Made by a program: the position numbers and the translations under genes
DNA from: Amphiscolops sp. MND2022
Lineage: Eukaryota
NCBI GenBank assembly: GCA_964187785.1
Contig: OZ076409.1
Coordinates: 75,642,001-75,706,000, forward strand
Direction of reading: 5' to 3'
DNA: 64,000 nucleotides
Notes under the pieces: generated by a model
The model's input: the letters and a program-made list of their open reading frames with translations, nothing else
Databases searched by the model: none
Told to the model about the DNA's origin: nothing
Shown: positions 1 to 12,400 of the stretch, in pieces
Numbering within the stretch: the first letter of the stretch is position 1
How the letters are laid out: each line of letters starts with the position of its first letter

Positions 1-1121
1 AAACAGATTTCCGCTATCTATCACCGTTACGGACTTGGCCCCCCAGCCTAAGCGCTAAGTGACCGGAAATGTCACTTTTTGAGCCCAAAGGGTCGGTCCC
101 AGCCAGGGAACGTTAGGTAACTTATTGTAGTACTCATTGAGATGAGTTGGGGGACATAGTTTCAGTCACCCCCCGTTACCCCTTAAGACCGGAAATGACC
201 GTTATGTGAGTAAATTTGCCGTTTTTGTCCTATTTGAAGGGCATTTAGATGCGGAAGGAGTGGTAATAGGTGCTTGGACACTATATGAGGTAAGGGAGGA
301 TATGAGGCGAGCATTCGGAAATAACCGTTATGTTGACCCCAAAGTCCCCCTGGTACCGTAAACGACCGGAAATGGTCAAATTTTCTGTTTATAGGGTACA
401 AATGTTTGGTATTTTGTAGATAAAAGTATCTATTAGGTGTTTCGACGGTCTGCAGTAGTGAACATAGTCATGAAACCTTGTGGGGGGTAACGGTATATAG
501 CACCGGAAGTCCAAACCGTTGGAGACAGGATAGGTTTTTTGGTTTTAAAATGTCTTTCGGCGTACTTTTGTCGACTATTAAGGACTACTTTTAAAAATTA
601 AAGTTTTTCCATATAGTTTTAGAGACTCCGAAACCTCAACCAACATAACCGTTACCTCATGATAGCCTTTCAAGTTGGCCTGGTGTCAACTTGGAAGGGC
701 TATCCTTCAAAAATCGTCAATCAAGTGTGTTTTTGGGTATGTTTGTATCATTTTAGAATCAAATAGAAGCTTCAAGAAAAGTTTGCCAACGACAAAAACT
801 ATGTCGTGATGATTCCGTTATTAGAATAATAGTTAGCAAATTGTTGAGAAAATTGATTTTTTCCATATAAAATGTGTCCTAATTGCCAGGAAACCTATTT
901 AACTAACAAATGGTATTGATTGGAATGTATGTAACAGATTTATAAAAGTTCAAATTGATTATTACCTTTCAATATGGAAGCTGAAACGTAATATTTTAGT
1001 TTAATTAACGTCAACGCCACACACTTTACATCAACGCGCACCGTCTGTGGGCATGCCGAGGCATGCCCTTCGACGACGTATGGCAAATCCCTTCTAACGA
1101 CGCCCGTACATCCCGGGCTAG
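1..1121 (+). mobile_element. 3' part of a long (~2 kb family) unit
   Basis: Bases 1-560 align by eye to 44955-45520; GATAGCCTTTCAAGTTG hairpin at 661-704; 3' hairpin at 1049-1068. Confidence 0.85.
661..704. repeat. Internal palindrome GATAGCCTTTCAAGTTG-GCCTGGTGT-CAACTTGGAAGGGCTATC of the long unit family (example)
   Basis: Also at ~45635-45678 and ~62276-62319, with a variant at ~3467-3510. Confidence 0.8.
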
Positions 1122-2083
1122 GTGCCGGGATTTCTATTCGATAAGGAATTCTGCGCGTGTGGGTAGGGCCCCTGGCGCGCTCCTGTGTTTTGGGTTTTCC
1201 TACTCTAAATTCACACATCGGTTATCTCGGATCTCGAAAACTAGCCACACGATTTGGCTGAAATTTGGCACACGTACCCCCCTCGGCACGGTGAAGATGA
1301 TTCCCTACTGACGTTTTGCCCGCTAAACATTTTTTGTTGACCAAAATAACGGTTTTTGGTGGAAAATTTTTGATTTTTTTTAAATTTCATCTTATATCTC
1401 GCCAAGGGTTTACGCTAGCGCTTCAAAACCTTGCTGACGAAAGTTTGCAAACTGTCTCAGGAATGCGGTGTGAAATTTTCAGCTCAATCGGACAAAAACT
1501 CGGGGAGATATTGCGTTTTTCCGGAGCGGGGGGGTTTCATTTTTCTAACGGTCCAGCTTATCTTTGCCATTTTTTCGAAAATGCACTCGCCTAAAGGCCT
1601 CCCCTGGCCGGTTTTACTCCCAAAAAAACCATTTGGCCCTAAATACGGAGTTTCAGCGTTCTAGCATTCTCGGGCGAAAAGTTGTGGGACTTAGAAAATT
1701 TCAAAAATTTTCAAAAATTTTTTTTTTGTTGTTTGGGCCCCCAAAGTGGGGGAAAGGACCCCCCAACCATTAATTTGAGTGAATGCATGTGCAAAGCCCT
1801 TGTATAGAGGAGAAAAATGCCGTTTAGAACGTCTTTTTATCTTTACTCAACGTTGACTTATGACGTTTTGAAATTGACCGTTAGATATGGAAAATTGATG
1901 TTTTGAGTATTTATCTCATCTGAAAGCCATTGAGATACAACATGTTTTGCTCAAAACGGGTTTCATTGCAGTTTCGCTGTCTATTAACACCCTTTGGTGA
2001 CTTTTGACATATTTTTGCTTTTATATAAAACCAATTTTTTGTGCATTTTTTCTTTTTTTTTAATCTAATATCTTGAAACAGTT

Positions 2084-2127
2084 GAGTACATTCCATCTCC
2101 CTTCCCGGGGGAGATGAGAATGTACTC
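2084..2127. repeat. Internal ~44-bp imperfect palindrome GAGTACATT(C/T)CATCTCCC-loop-GGGAGATGAGAATGTACTC, present ~270 bp before the 3' end of nearly all 1.3-kb units (example)
   Basis: Recurs at e.g. 4778-4820, 9153-9195, 39978-40020 and the equivalent position of other units, with compensatory changes. Confidence 0.85.
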
Positions 2128-2395
2128 GCTAAAAGCCAAGAACTACGGCCAATACCTTCCCGAGCTACGCACTACAAATATTGCATATGCATGCAGACCT
2201 TTTGATATATTTTTATCTTTGTAGATTGACTGGAAAAACCGAAAACTCTGTCCTGATTATACAAAGTTTCCTCACAACGACACATGTTTACGTCAACGCC
2301 CCATAGTTCTTATCAACGCCCCCCGTCCGTGGGCATGCCGTGGCATGCCCTTCGACGACGTGCACCAAAATATATTCGAGCGCGGTAGCCGCTAG

Positions 2396-3791
2396 GTGGT
2401 CGGGGATTTTTTTTACTCGTATATGGCGTTTGCGAGGCTTTGGGGAGGGCCCCGTGCCGAGCCTGTACCGAAATTTACCACATACCAGAAGTGGTATAAA
2501 TAAGCGAGATCTCGAAAACTAACCGTTAGAATTCCCTGAATTTTTGCATGTGGCTCCTAATCAATGAGTAATGAAAAAGTGCAGGAGTGACGGTGGCTGA
2601 AAAAGTTGTCTTTGTTGCACTTTTTGCGCAATTTTTGTCGGATTGTTGCGTTTTTTATGTCATTTTCCACTTTGGAGGCAAAAAAGTCATAGATGCTTCG
2701 TTCCTAGCGTATCACGTGTGGAGCACGAAAAGTTGCAGCATCTTCAATTACGTATGCTGTGAAAACTTGGTTGCCCTCGGCTTACCCCCCACAGAGATAG
2801 AGAAGTCCTTCCGGTTATTTTTGACCCCTAAATTTGGGAAATTGCTAATTTTCGTAATAAAGCCGTATATGTAGCGTGTGCACACCCTGCTGAAGATTTG
2901 TTAGGCATTTTGAGATAGATCCGATGACATGCGTTCAGTTCACCCCAATCACCCCCTGGACCGGAAATAAACTTTTTTTGTGTCCTTTCAGACCGGAAGT
3001 CTCCAATTTCAACGGTAAGGAGTCCTTGTACGAGCAACTAGCAGGGCATCAAAATTGAAGTACAATGTGGGGTGAGCTTAGTTACCACGTGTTGCCCAGT
3101 CATGGGTACCGCCATGACCGGAAATGGGGTCAAAACCCCCATATTGGTCGGTTTTTTTAACAATTTGACTAGTGTTTGGTCCACATGCAAGTCGGGTAAT
3201 GCAATTGAACCAGAGTGAGCATAAACTGCACGTTCACTACGTAGCCGTAAATGACACTGACAGATACCGGAAGTAACCCCCTGTGACCGGAAGTGATCCA
3301 TTTTGACCGGAAATGGTCCAAAAAGTAGCGTAAATGCAGTTTTTCACTGCTTTTTACGGTCAAGTAATTACTTTTTTTTCAATTTGAAAGCTATTTTCTA
3401 CGCAAAAAGCTAACGTCGTTGCATGTTTTGCTGAAGATCTGAAAAGTGATCACCTTTATCACCCCCGATAGCCTTTCAAGTTGACCTTGGGTCAATCTTG
3501 AAGGCTATCTGTACTTAAAACGAAAAATAAGATAATTGGTTTTCTCCATTACATTAATACTTTCCCTTCAAGTGATATTGTTCTGCAAAGACGTTTGTTC
3601 AACTGAATGATCTGAAAATTGGTCAGAGGTGCCACCCAGACCAAGATTATTTGCGATTGAAGTAAACTGAGAAAGAAGGTAGTATTAAACGACATCACAC
3701 AAACTTACCAACGCCCACCGTCTGTGGGCATGCCGAGGCATGCCCTTCGACGACGTATGCCCAATATACGCGTTAACGCGGTAGCAGCTAG
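2396..3791 (+). mobile_element. Divergent 1396-bp non-autonomous unit
   Basis: Standard termini, unique interior with ACCGGAAGT/AT motifs and a GATAGCCTT...AAGGCTATC hairpin (~3467-3510). Confidence 0.82.
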
Positions 3792-5095
3792 GTGGCCACG
3801 ACCATGGTTTCTTGCGTATCTTGTCGAATCCTTTGTCGTTGCCGGCCGGGGAGGGACCCGTTTGCCGGCGTGTGTAGTGTGGGGCCCCCATACCCAAAAA
3901 GTGGTATTTTTTTCAGAGATCTCAAAATCGGCCCATCAGAATTGCCTGAAATTTGGCATGAGGCTCCCAATTGGGGAAAAAATTAGAAGTGTAGGAGGCG
4001 ACTTGTTCGGGTAAATATTGTATGTTGACTTTTGGCCAAAATAGTGTTCCCCCCCAACATGGGCAAAATCACATGAGTTGTAAAAATATGATCACAACTT
4101 TTGAACCTTTGGATTTAGGGGTACGGTCGTGGACCACATTAAGCAAGAGCTTTGGTGAGCGGGTAGGATTGATGGGTTTTGATCCCAGTACCTTCAACCA
4201 CTTTTGAGAAATTAACGTTTCAAACAAACATCCGGGAGGTATCTGTTGCCCCTGAAGGCAGGTTTTTCGCCATTTTCAATGTGAAGGAGTGGGTTTAGCG
4301 TAACGTGTGTGGGGTGCTTTTTTGTTGCCCGTGTGCGGAGCGTTGTATAGAGGTGCTGGTTGTTGAAATTGGAAAAGCTGCTAAAAAGTTATACCTATAC
4401 CCCCCCTACTGTCTCTGCCATTCAATTTTTTTTTCAACTTCAGGCCTCCCAAAGGTGAGAAACTTCCACACAACTAGTATTGCAAGTGAATGCATGTGGA
4501 AAGTACTCGGATAGACGAGAAAAATGAGCTATAGAACGACTCTGTAGCTTAACCTGACGTTGACTTATGACATTTTGAGTGTGAGCTTGCTACGAGAGAA
4601 AAAAATTCAAAATTGAAAATCGAAGCTAAGTCTCATCCAAAACTCATCGAAATACGTTCAATCCATACCAAAGCGGTCAAACTCCAGCTATATAGTGCAG
4701 CAACACTATTTAAGACCATTTGACACAATTTTACTAGTTTTGACATTGTATTATTCATCCGAGAGCACAAAACAGTTGGGTACATTCCATCTCCCTTTCG
4801 GGGGAGATGAGAATGTACCCGCTAAATGACACGCACCATGGCCTAATTTTTACCTTTATGCGACGTTTTCTAGGCTTTCGCGCAAGCCCACTAATATTTA
4901 GACTGGTTTCTTTCTCTTTCACTCCAAACATTCCGTCCGTACTAACCACCTTACACACCACCAGCAGCTCAACGACACATCTGTAACGTCAACGCCACAT
5001 ACTCGCATCAACGCCCACCGTCCGTGGGCATGCCGAGGCATGCCCTTCGACGATGTATGCCCGTTGTCACAACAGGGCGCCCCTACATTCTCTAG
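3792..5095 (+). mobile_element. 1304-bp unit (GTGGCCACGACC head family), near-identical to 8166-9468
   Basis: The two copies match over their full length by eye. The right half is shared with GTGCCGGGAT-head units such as 36455-37732. Confidence 0.87.
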
Positions 5096-8000
5096 GTGGT
5101 CAGTGCTGTTGCGTTCATTTTTTTCCGGCCGTGGGGGAGGGCCCCTCTGAGGCCGGTCATTTTTCAGGTAACAGCTTTCTTATACAAAAAAGCGGGAAAA
5201 AACCTCAGTGCTCAAATCCCAACCGTCAGATTGAGCTGAAATTTGGCATGTAGCTAGTGCATTGCAAATGATTAGGATGGGTTATAACGCTATGTTTGGC
5301 AAAATTGGTTTCGTTGCATTTTTTTTGTCATATAGGGCCAAAAATGGCCTTTTTTGCGTATTTTTTGCTTGACTAGCTAATAACTCGCGTTGGGTTGGTA
5401 CTAGCGATACGGGTGTGGGGTATGGAATTGTAAGAATACCAAATACCTTGCTGATCACGTTATTTGATTTCCGCCCACATCACTCCCCACGCCGGAAATG
5501 CCCAATTTGTCAATTCCGGTCGCAATTTTTGACTTTTTTGGATGGAGTCAAAACCCATTTCCGGTGTGAAGGAGTGGGTTGAGCGCTTCGACCCCAATAT
5601 ACTAAAAGTAGGTTTAGACAAAGTCCTATTAGGAAGAAAGTAATGTAAGCCCGTATCTATCACCCCCTCACCGGAAATAGGGGTCACGCCTCCTTTTTCT
5701 GTGTTGCAAAAGTGACATGTGCACATTTGTCCAACTCCGAAGCCCCGGAGCACTGTGGGACCCTTATACTTTCTAAACACCTATCCCACACGCTACCGGA
5801 AGTGACCGGAAGTTTCACCGGAAATGACATCCTTGGACCGGAAATGGTCAAAAAAGGACTTTTTCAATAAAAAATAGACACTTTTGGTGCAATTTTTAGG
5901 CAAAAAGCATAATTCGTGATAAGCTTGTTGCAGTTGAAAGGGCCATTGTTCAGCAAGAATGCATACAGCATTACGTAGCACATCAAGTGGTTGATAATTT
6001 TTCGTCCATAATATCCATAGGACCGGAAATGGCCATTTTTGAATCGGAAATTTCTTCAGCTTGATTTTTAACAAGTTTTTCCACAATATTAGTGTAGGAA
6101 TTGCTCGTCGGATGCTTTAGGTCTATTTTAAAACTAGCTGACTGCTTCTTAGAAATGTATTTCAGAAATCCCAACCAATTCCAGATTACCGGAAATGGGA
6201 GTAATTGCCTCCTTTATGACCTTTGAATGATAAATTGTTAAAATCCGCAAATTATTTTATTCCACAACTGTTGCTCAGGTTATATCTAAGCAATAACATC
6301 TGCTTGTTTTGAAGTGCTGTATTGTGGGAGATACAAATATTGCTTTTCAATAGTAATACATACGTGATATTCGCCGCAATAAAGATTTTTCAAATCAACC
6401 ATTTTGAAGTCCTACTGGCGTTCCGCACACCCGAAATAATTTAAGTTTCTAGTTTCGATTTTCAGGCTTCCGCGACTATTGAGTTGAGATGATAGTTTTC
6501 ACGTTCTCTGCAAAACGGGCATTTCATTGTGTATGTGACATTTATTGGGTTGTTTCACATGGTAATTCAAAACTAATTGATCATACAATTTAGAACAATT
6601 GAAAATTTTCAATTGAACAATAAATGTTTTATTAATTTCTCTTTCGTTAAAGATACTCTTTTGTGGCCATTAGAACAGGTTGAATTGGTTGAATAAGTAA
6701 CCAGTGCGATACATCGTTTAATACATAGCGTTTGACATCGTTTTCTTGCGAACAAAGACAAGCATGATTTGTTGGAAGTTTTTACCATATCGCTTCAAAT
6801 CGGTCGTGACAAACAATGAATTTCTCGTTTTAATTGCTACTTCGAAAGCAGCCTGAAAACGCAAATCGATCTATTGAGTTATGGAGATGCAACTAAGCAT
6901 TTCAAGTCTGGGTTTCAATTTAATTCTATCACTCCGGACTATTTTTATGTCGCAAAAGTGATAAAGGGTGTTAGCAAGGTTAAAAACATCGAACAATTTT
7001 AAAAATAATGCCTCCGGAAAGGGAAGAAAAATGAGTTTTCCTGTCAAAACAATGATAACCACGTACGAAACATCAAGTATTTGTATTTTTCAATAGTCCA
7101 AAACATGAATGAAGTTTTTAAATATCCAAGAGTTTCTAATCAAGCATGCGTTTCAAATGTCTCACAGGGCAGCATCGTTTTCAAAAAACAGCGCTTTCAA
7201 TGTGGTTTCATACCAGCAAAACGAACGCAGGCACAACCACTTTCTCAAAATTCTTGCACAACAACCAATTTCTTTGAAAATCCTATTTGATTCCTCAAGG
7301 TATATGGTGAGAACCCTGTTGGGTTCCAAAGTTGATGTGCTGTTTTCTTGGGTTTGCGAGATAAGTTACAACGGAAATCTGAAAGCAGGTCGTCTCAATA
7401 AAATACCTGTTGCTCTTTAAACGATTGGACTTAAGTAGTCGAAATTTATTCTCAGACACTTTCGATCAGAGAATGTTTGAGTCCTAACGTTCGAATCAGG
7501 TTGGTTTCAGGTGGCTCGAAGTGCCAGCTGAACCAACCTTTCAAATAAAGAAAAACCCCACACCTTCTTCATGCCACGCTACCCCGTATAGCGTTTCAAC
7601 TTGACAGAAATTGGAACGTTTGATTTTGGCGTCGCTTGGGATTGACACACCAGTGTTGATACTAAATTTGGCAAAGAGAAATCGCAGAAATAATTGTTTC
7701 TGTTTTTCCCTTTGATTTAGTGTGTCGAGCGTACAAAGCAGTTTGGGAAACTAACTTGCATTTCCACTGAACGAAAAGCAAAAGTAGTAACAATGAAAAC
7801 TTCCGGAATAAATTTAATCAGGTTTCCGTATTTGTGAGATCAGCTGCCACTCAGTTATCAGTTACATCTTTCAAATTTTTAAGAACAACTAATCTAACTT
7901 TGCTCGACTCTCTTGGATAAGGCAACAATAGTTTACTAATCTGTACTCGTGGAAAAAGTCAACTGCCGGGTCAAAAACAATCTGTATGTAACTTTTCTCT

Positions 8001-8165
8001 CGTGCAAAGTTATTTTTTACCCCCTCTGACTCAACTATAGCATGTACGTAATGAAACCAATAACACCTTCAACTGTTAATCAACGCCCACCGTCCGTAGG
8101 CATGCCGAGGCATGCCTTTCGACGACGCGCGCCAAAAACAATATAACGGCGCCACCCGCTTCTGG
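5096..8165 (+). mobile_element. 3070-bp unit carrying ~1.9 kb of sequence unique in this window (~6200-8070)
   Basis: Starts with GTG after CTAG (5095) and ends with the hairpin module and CTGG (8162-8165). The interior is not repeated elsewhere in the window. Confidence 0.8.
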
Positions 8166-9468
8166 GTGGCCACGACCATGGTTTCTTGCGTATCTTGTCG
8201 AATCCTTTGTCGTTGCCGGCCGGGGAGGGACCCGTTTGCCGGCGTGTGTAGTGTGGGGCCCCCATACCCAAAAAGTGGTATTTTTTTCAGAGATCTCAAA
8301 ATCGGCCCGTCAGAATTGCCTGAAATTTGGCATGAGGCTCCCAATTGGGGAAAAAATAAGAAGTGTAGGAGGCGACTTGTTCGGGTAAATATTGTATGTT
8401 GACTTTTGGCCAAAATTGTGTTCCCCCCCAACATGGGCAAAATCACATGAGGTGTAAAAATATGATCACAACTTTTGAACCTTTGGATTTAGGGGTACGG
8501 TCGTGGACCACATTAAGCAAGAGCTTTGGTGAGCGGGTAGGATAGATGGGTTTTGATCCCAGTACCTTCAACCACTTTTGAGAAATTAACGTTTCAAACA
8601 AACATCCGGGAGGTATCTGTTGCCCCTGAAGGCAGGTTTTTCGCCATTTTCAATGTGAAGGAGTGGGTTTAGCGTAACGTGTGTGGGGTGCTTTTTTGTT
8701 GCCCGTGTGCGGAGCGTTGTATAGAGGTGCTGGTTGTTGAAATTGGAAAAGTTGGTAAAAAGTTATACCTATACCCCCCTACTGTCTCTGCCATTCAATT
8801 TTTTTTTCAACTTCAGGCATCCCAAAGGTGAAAAACTTCCACACAACTAGTATTGCAAGTGAATGCATGTGGAAAGTACTCGGATAGACGAGAAAAATGA
8901 GCTATAGAACGACTCTGTAGCTTAACTTGACGTTGACTTATGACATTTTGAGTGTGAGCGTGCTATGTGAGAAAAAAATTCAAAATTGAAAATCGAAGCT
9001 GTCTCATCCAAAACTCATCGAAATACGTTCAATCCATCCCAAAGCGGTCAAATTCAAGCTATATAGTGCAGCAACACTATTCAAGACCATTTGACACAAT
9101 TTTACTAGTTTTGACATTGTATGTATTATTCATCCGAGAGCACAAAACAGTTGGGTACATTCCATCTCCCTTTCGGGGGAGATGAGAATGTACCCGCTAA
9201 ATGACACGCACCATGGCCTAATTTTTACCTTTATGCGACGTTTTCTAGGCTTTCGCGCAAGCCCACTAATATTTACACTGGTTTCATTCTCTTTCACTCC
9301 AAACTTTCCGTCCGTACTAACCACCTTACACACCACCAGCTCAACGACACATCTGTAACGTCAACGCCACATACTTGCATCAACGCCCACCGTCCGTGGG
9401 CATGCCGAGGCATGCCCTTCGACGACGTATGCCCGTTGTCACAACAGGGCGCCCCCATTGTCCGCTAG
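8166..9468 (+). mobile_element. 1303-bp unit (GTGGCCACGACC head family), near-identical to 3792-5095
   Basis: Same sequence as 3792-5095 but with different neighbours. Confidence 0.87.
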
Positions 9469-12400
9469 GTGGCCGGAAATTTTTTTTTTCATCAAAATCT
9501 TTGCCATTGGGGGAGGGGCCCCGGATGGCCAGTAGTACGGGATAGCTTCCTACCAAATCCAGGCGGAAAAAACGTGATTTTGGAAACTAGCCGTCAGAAT
9601 TTGCTCAAATTTTGCATACGGCTTCCTATAACAATCCTAAGAACTAATCCCTACTGGCATTTTGCCCAAAAAACGCAAAAAGTTGGTCAAAATCTTAGTT
9701 TTTTGGTCAAAAAATGGCAATTTTTCGAAAAAAAATTTTTTCAGAGACAATTACTCGTAACTGGTTCACCCAGCGCAAAAACGCCTAGCTGATTTATTGT
9801 TGAGCACTTCATGAGAAGTGCGTATACAAATTTTCGTCCAGATCGGAAAAAAAAATGACTAAGTATTAGCCGGAATTCGGACGCATTTTTTCGCAAATTT
9901 TTGAAAACCTAGTCTATCTCTGCCGTTTTTTGCCCAGATTTTTTTCCAGGTCCTCTCCTAAAGGCCTCCCCTGGCCGGTTTACTTCCCAGAAAAACCATT
10001 TGGCCCTAAATCCGGAGTTTCAGCGTTCTAGCATTCCCGGGCGAAAAGATGTGGGACATAGAAAAAATTCAAAATTTTTCAAAAATTTTTTTTTTCGTTT
10101 TCCGGCCCCCCAATGAAGGGGAACGACCCCCCAACGAGGATTTTTGGTGAATTCACGTGGAAAGGCCTTGTTTTGTGGAGAAAATTGCCGTTTAGAGCGA
10201 CTTTTTATCTTAACTTGACGTTGACCTCTGTCGTTTTGAATTTGATATTAGTATGTGTTGAGCATGTGAAAAGTTGATGATTTCAGTTGTTCTCTCGTGT
10301 TCAAGCCATTGAGATACAAGCGGTAGTGATCAAAATGTGATTTATCGCAATTTGGTGGTGCTTTTGGTGTATTTTGATTCTTTTAAATAAAAAGTTGTTC
10401 TTTATATATTTGGTGTATTGATTCAAATGAACAAGAAACAGTTGAGTACATTTCATCTCCCCCCTTGTGGGGGAGATGAGGATGTACCCGCTAAATGACA
10501 CGCACAATGGCCCAATTTTATTTTTATGCGACATTTTCTAGGCTTTTGCGCAAGCCCACTAAAATTTAGACTGGTTTCCTTTTCTTTTACTCCAAAATTT
10601 TCCGTACTAACCACGTTACGCACCACCAGCTCAACGTAACATCTGTAACGTCAACGCCACACACTCTCACTAACGCCCACCGTCCGTGGGCATGCCGAGG
10701 CATGCCCTTCGACGACGTATGCCAAATAGCGCCACAGGGCGCCCCCAATTTCCGCTAGGTGCCGGGATTTCTATTCGTTCAAGTAAGTTGCGCGTGTGGG
10801 TAGGGCCCCTGGCGCGCTCTTGTGTTTGGGGGTTTCCTACTTCTAAATCACGTTCAGATTTCCGGGATCTCGTAAACTATCCATACGATTTGGCTGAAAT
10901 TTGGCACACAGCCCCGTTGGAACATTCTAAGAACAAATCCCTACTGACGTTTTGCCCGCTAAACATTTTTTGTTGGTCAAAAATGCGATTTTCCGACAAA
11001 ATTTTTGACTTTTTTTCATTTTACAGTCTATTTCTCGCCACAGGGTCACGCTAGCTACCCTAAACCCTGCTAATTATAATTTGCAAACTGTCTCAGGAAT
11101 GCGGTGTGAAAATTTCAGGTCAATCGGACTTAAACTCAGCGAGTTAGAGCAATTTTTTAGGTGCTTTTTTTGACATTTTTTGCATTTGCCGATTTATCTC
11201 TGCCGTTTTTTGCCCAGATTTTTTTGAGACACTCTCCTAAAGGCCTCCCCTGGCCGGTTTACCTCCCAGAGAAACCATTTGGCCCTAAATACGGAGTTTC
11301 AGCGTTCTAGCATTCGCGGGCGAAAAGTTGTGGGACTTAGAATAAATTTTTGGAAACGCAAAATGTGTAAAGTCAACTTCAGGCCTCCCAAAGTCAAAGA
11401 ACTTCCACACAACTAGGATTGCAAGTGGATGCATGTGGAAAGTACTGGGATAGACGAGAAAAATGAGCTATAGAACAACTCTGTAGCTTAACCTGACGTT
11501 GACTTATGATGTTTTGAATGTGTGCTTGCTAAGGGGTCCTAAATTGAAAATTTTTAAAGAAAGTTAATATCGTCAAAATTTCATCGGAAAGCCTGCAATA
11601 TACAGTAGAGCGTGTTCAATTGTAGCTGAATAATGCATCAACACCGTTCAAGGTCTTTTAACTCAGTTTCAAAATTTTTGACACTGTAATCTTCATCCGA
11701 GAGCACAAAACAGTTGAGTACATTCCATCTCCCTTTCGGGGGAGATGAGAATGTACTCGCTAAAGAACATGTACCACAGCCAATTCTTGTTTTTATGCGA
11801 GGTCATTCTATGCTATTGCACACGAACACTTTAGTTTTGACAAACATATGTCTTTACATGCTGAATCTTACCTTACCTTTACTTTACGTTTTTGTACAAA
11901 CTACTACAACAACCCCCCTTACGTCAACGTCCCATACTTTAAATCAACGCCCACCGTCCGTGGGCATGCCGAGGCATGCCCTTCGACGACGTATGCCCTC
12001 TCAATCGCGGTAGCCGCTAGGTGCCGGGATTTCTATTCGATAAAGTATGTGGCGCGTGTGGGTAGGGCCCCTGGCGCGCTCTTGGGTATGGTGTTCACCA
12101 GCTAGGAAATAGGGGTCGATTTTTCGGGATCTCCTAAACTAGCCATTCGATTTGGCTGAAATTTGGCACACGTACTCCCCTCGGCACGGTGAAGATGATT
12201 TCCTACTGACGTTTTGCTCGCAAAATTTTTTTTGTTGTCCAAAATAACGGTTTCTGGGGTAAAATTTTGAATTTTTTTTAAATTTTATCTTATATCTCGC
12301 CACGGGTTTACGCTAGCGCTTCAAAACCCTGCTAAAGGAAGCTTGCAAACTGTCTCAGGAATGCGGTGTGAAATTTTCAGCTCAATCGGACTTAAACTCG

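Noticed and set aside
1031..1121. Conserved palindromic repeat followed by a variable 25-45 nt segment, resembling a CRISPR repeat-spacer
   Set aside because: Repeats are ~1.3 kb apart, the variable tails recur and mostly track the upstream tail family, there are no cas genes, and the context is eukaryotic (spliceosomal-type introns).
1122..2395. rRNA (5S), tRNA or snRNA tandem gene unit
   Set aside because: No recognisable 5S, tRNA or snRNA sequence and no convincing Pol III A/B boxes by eye; an Rfam scan would be needed to exclude this fully.
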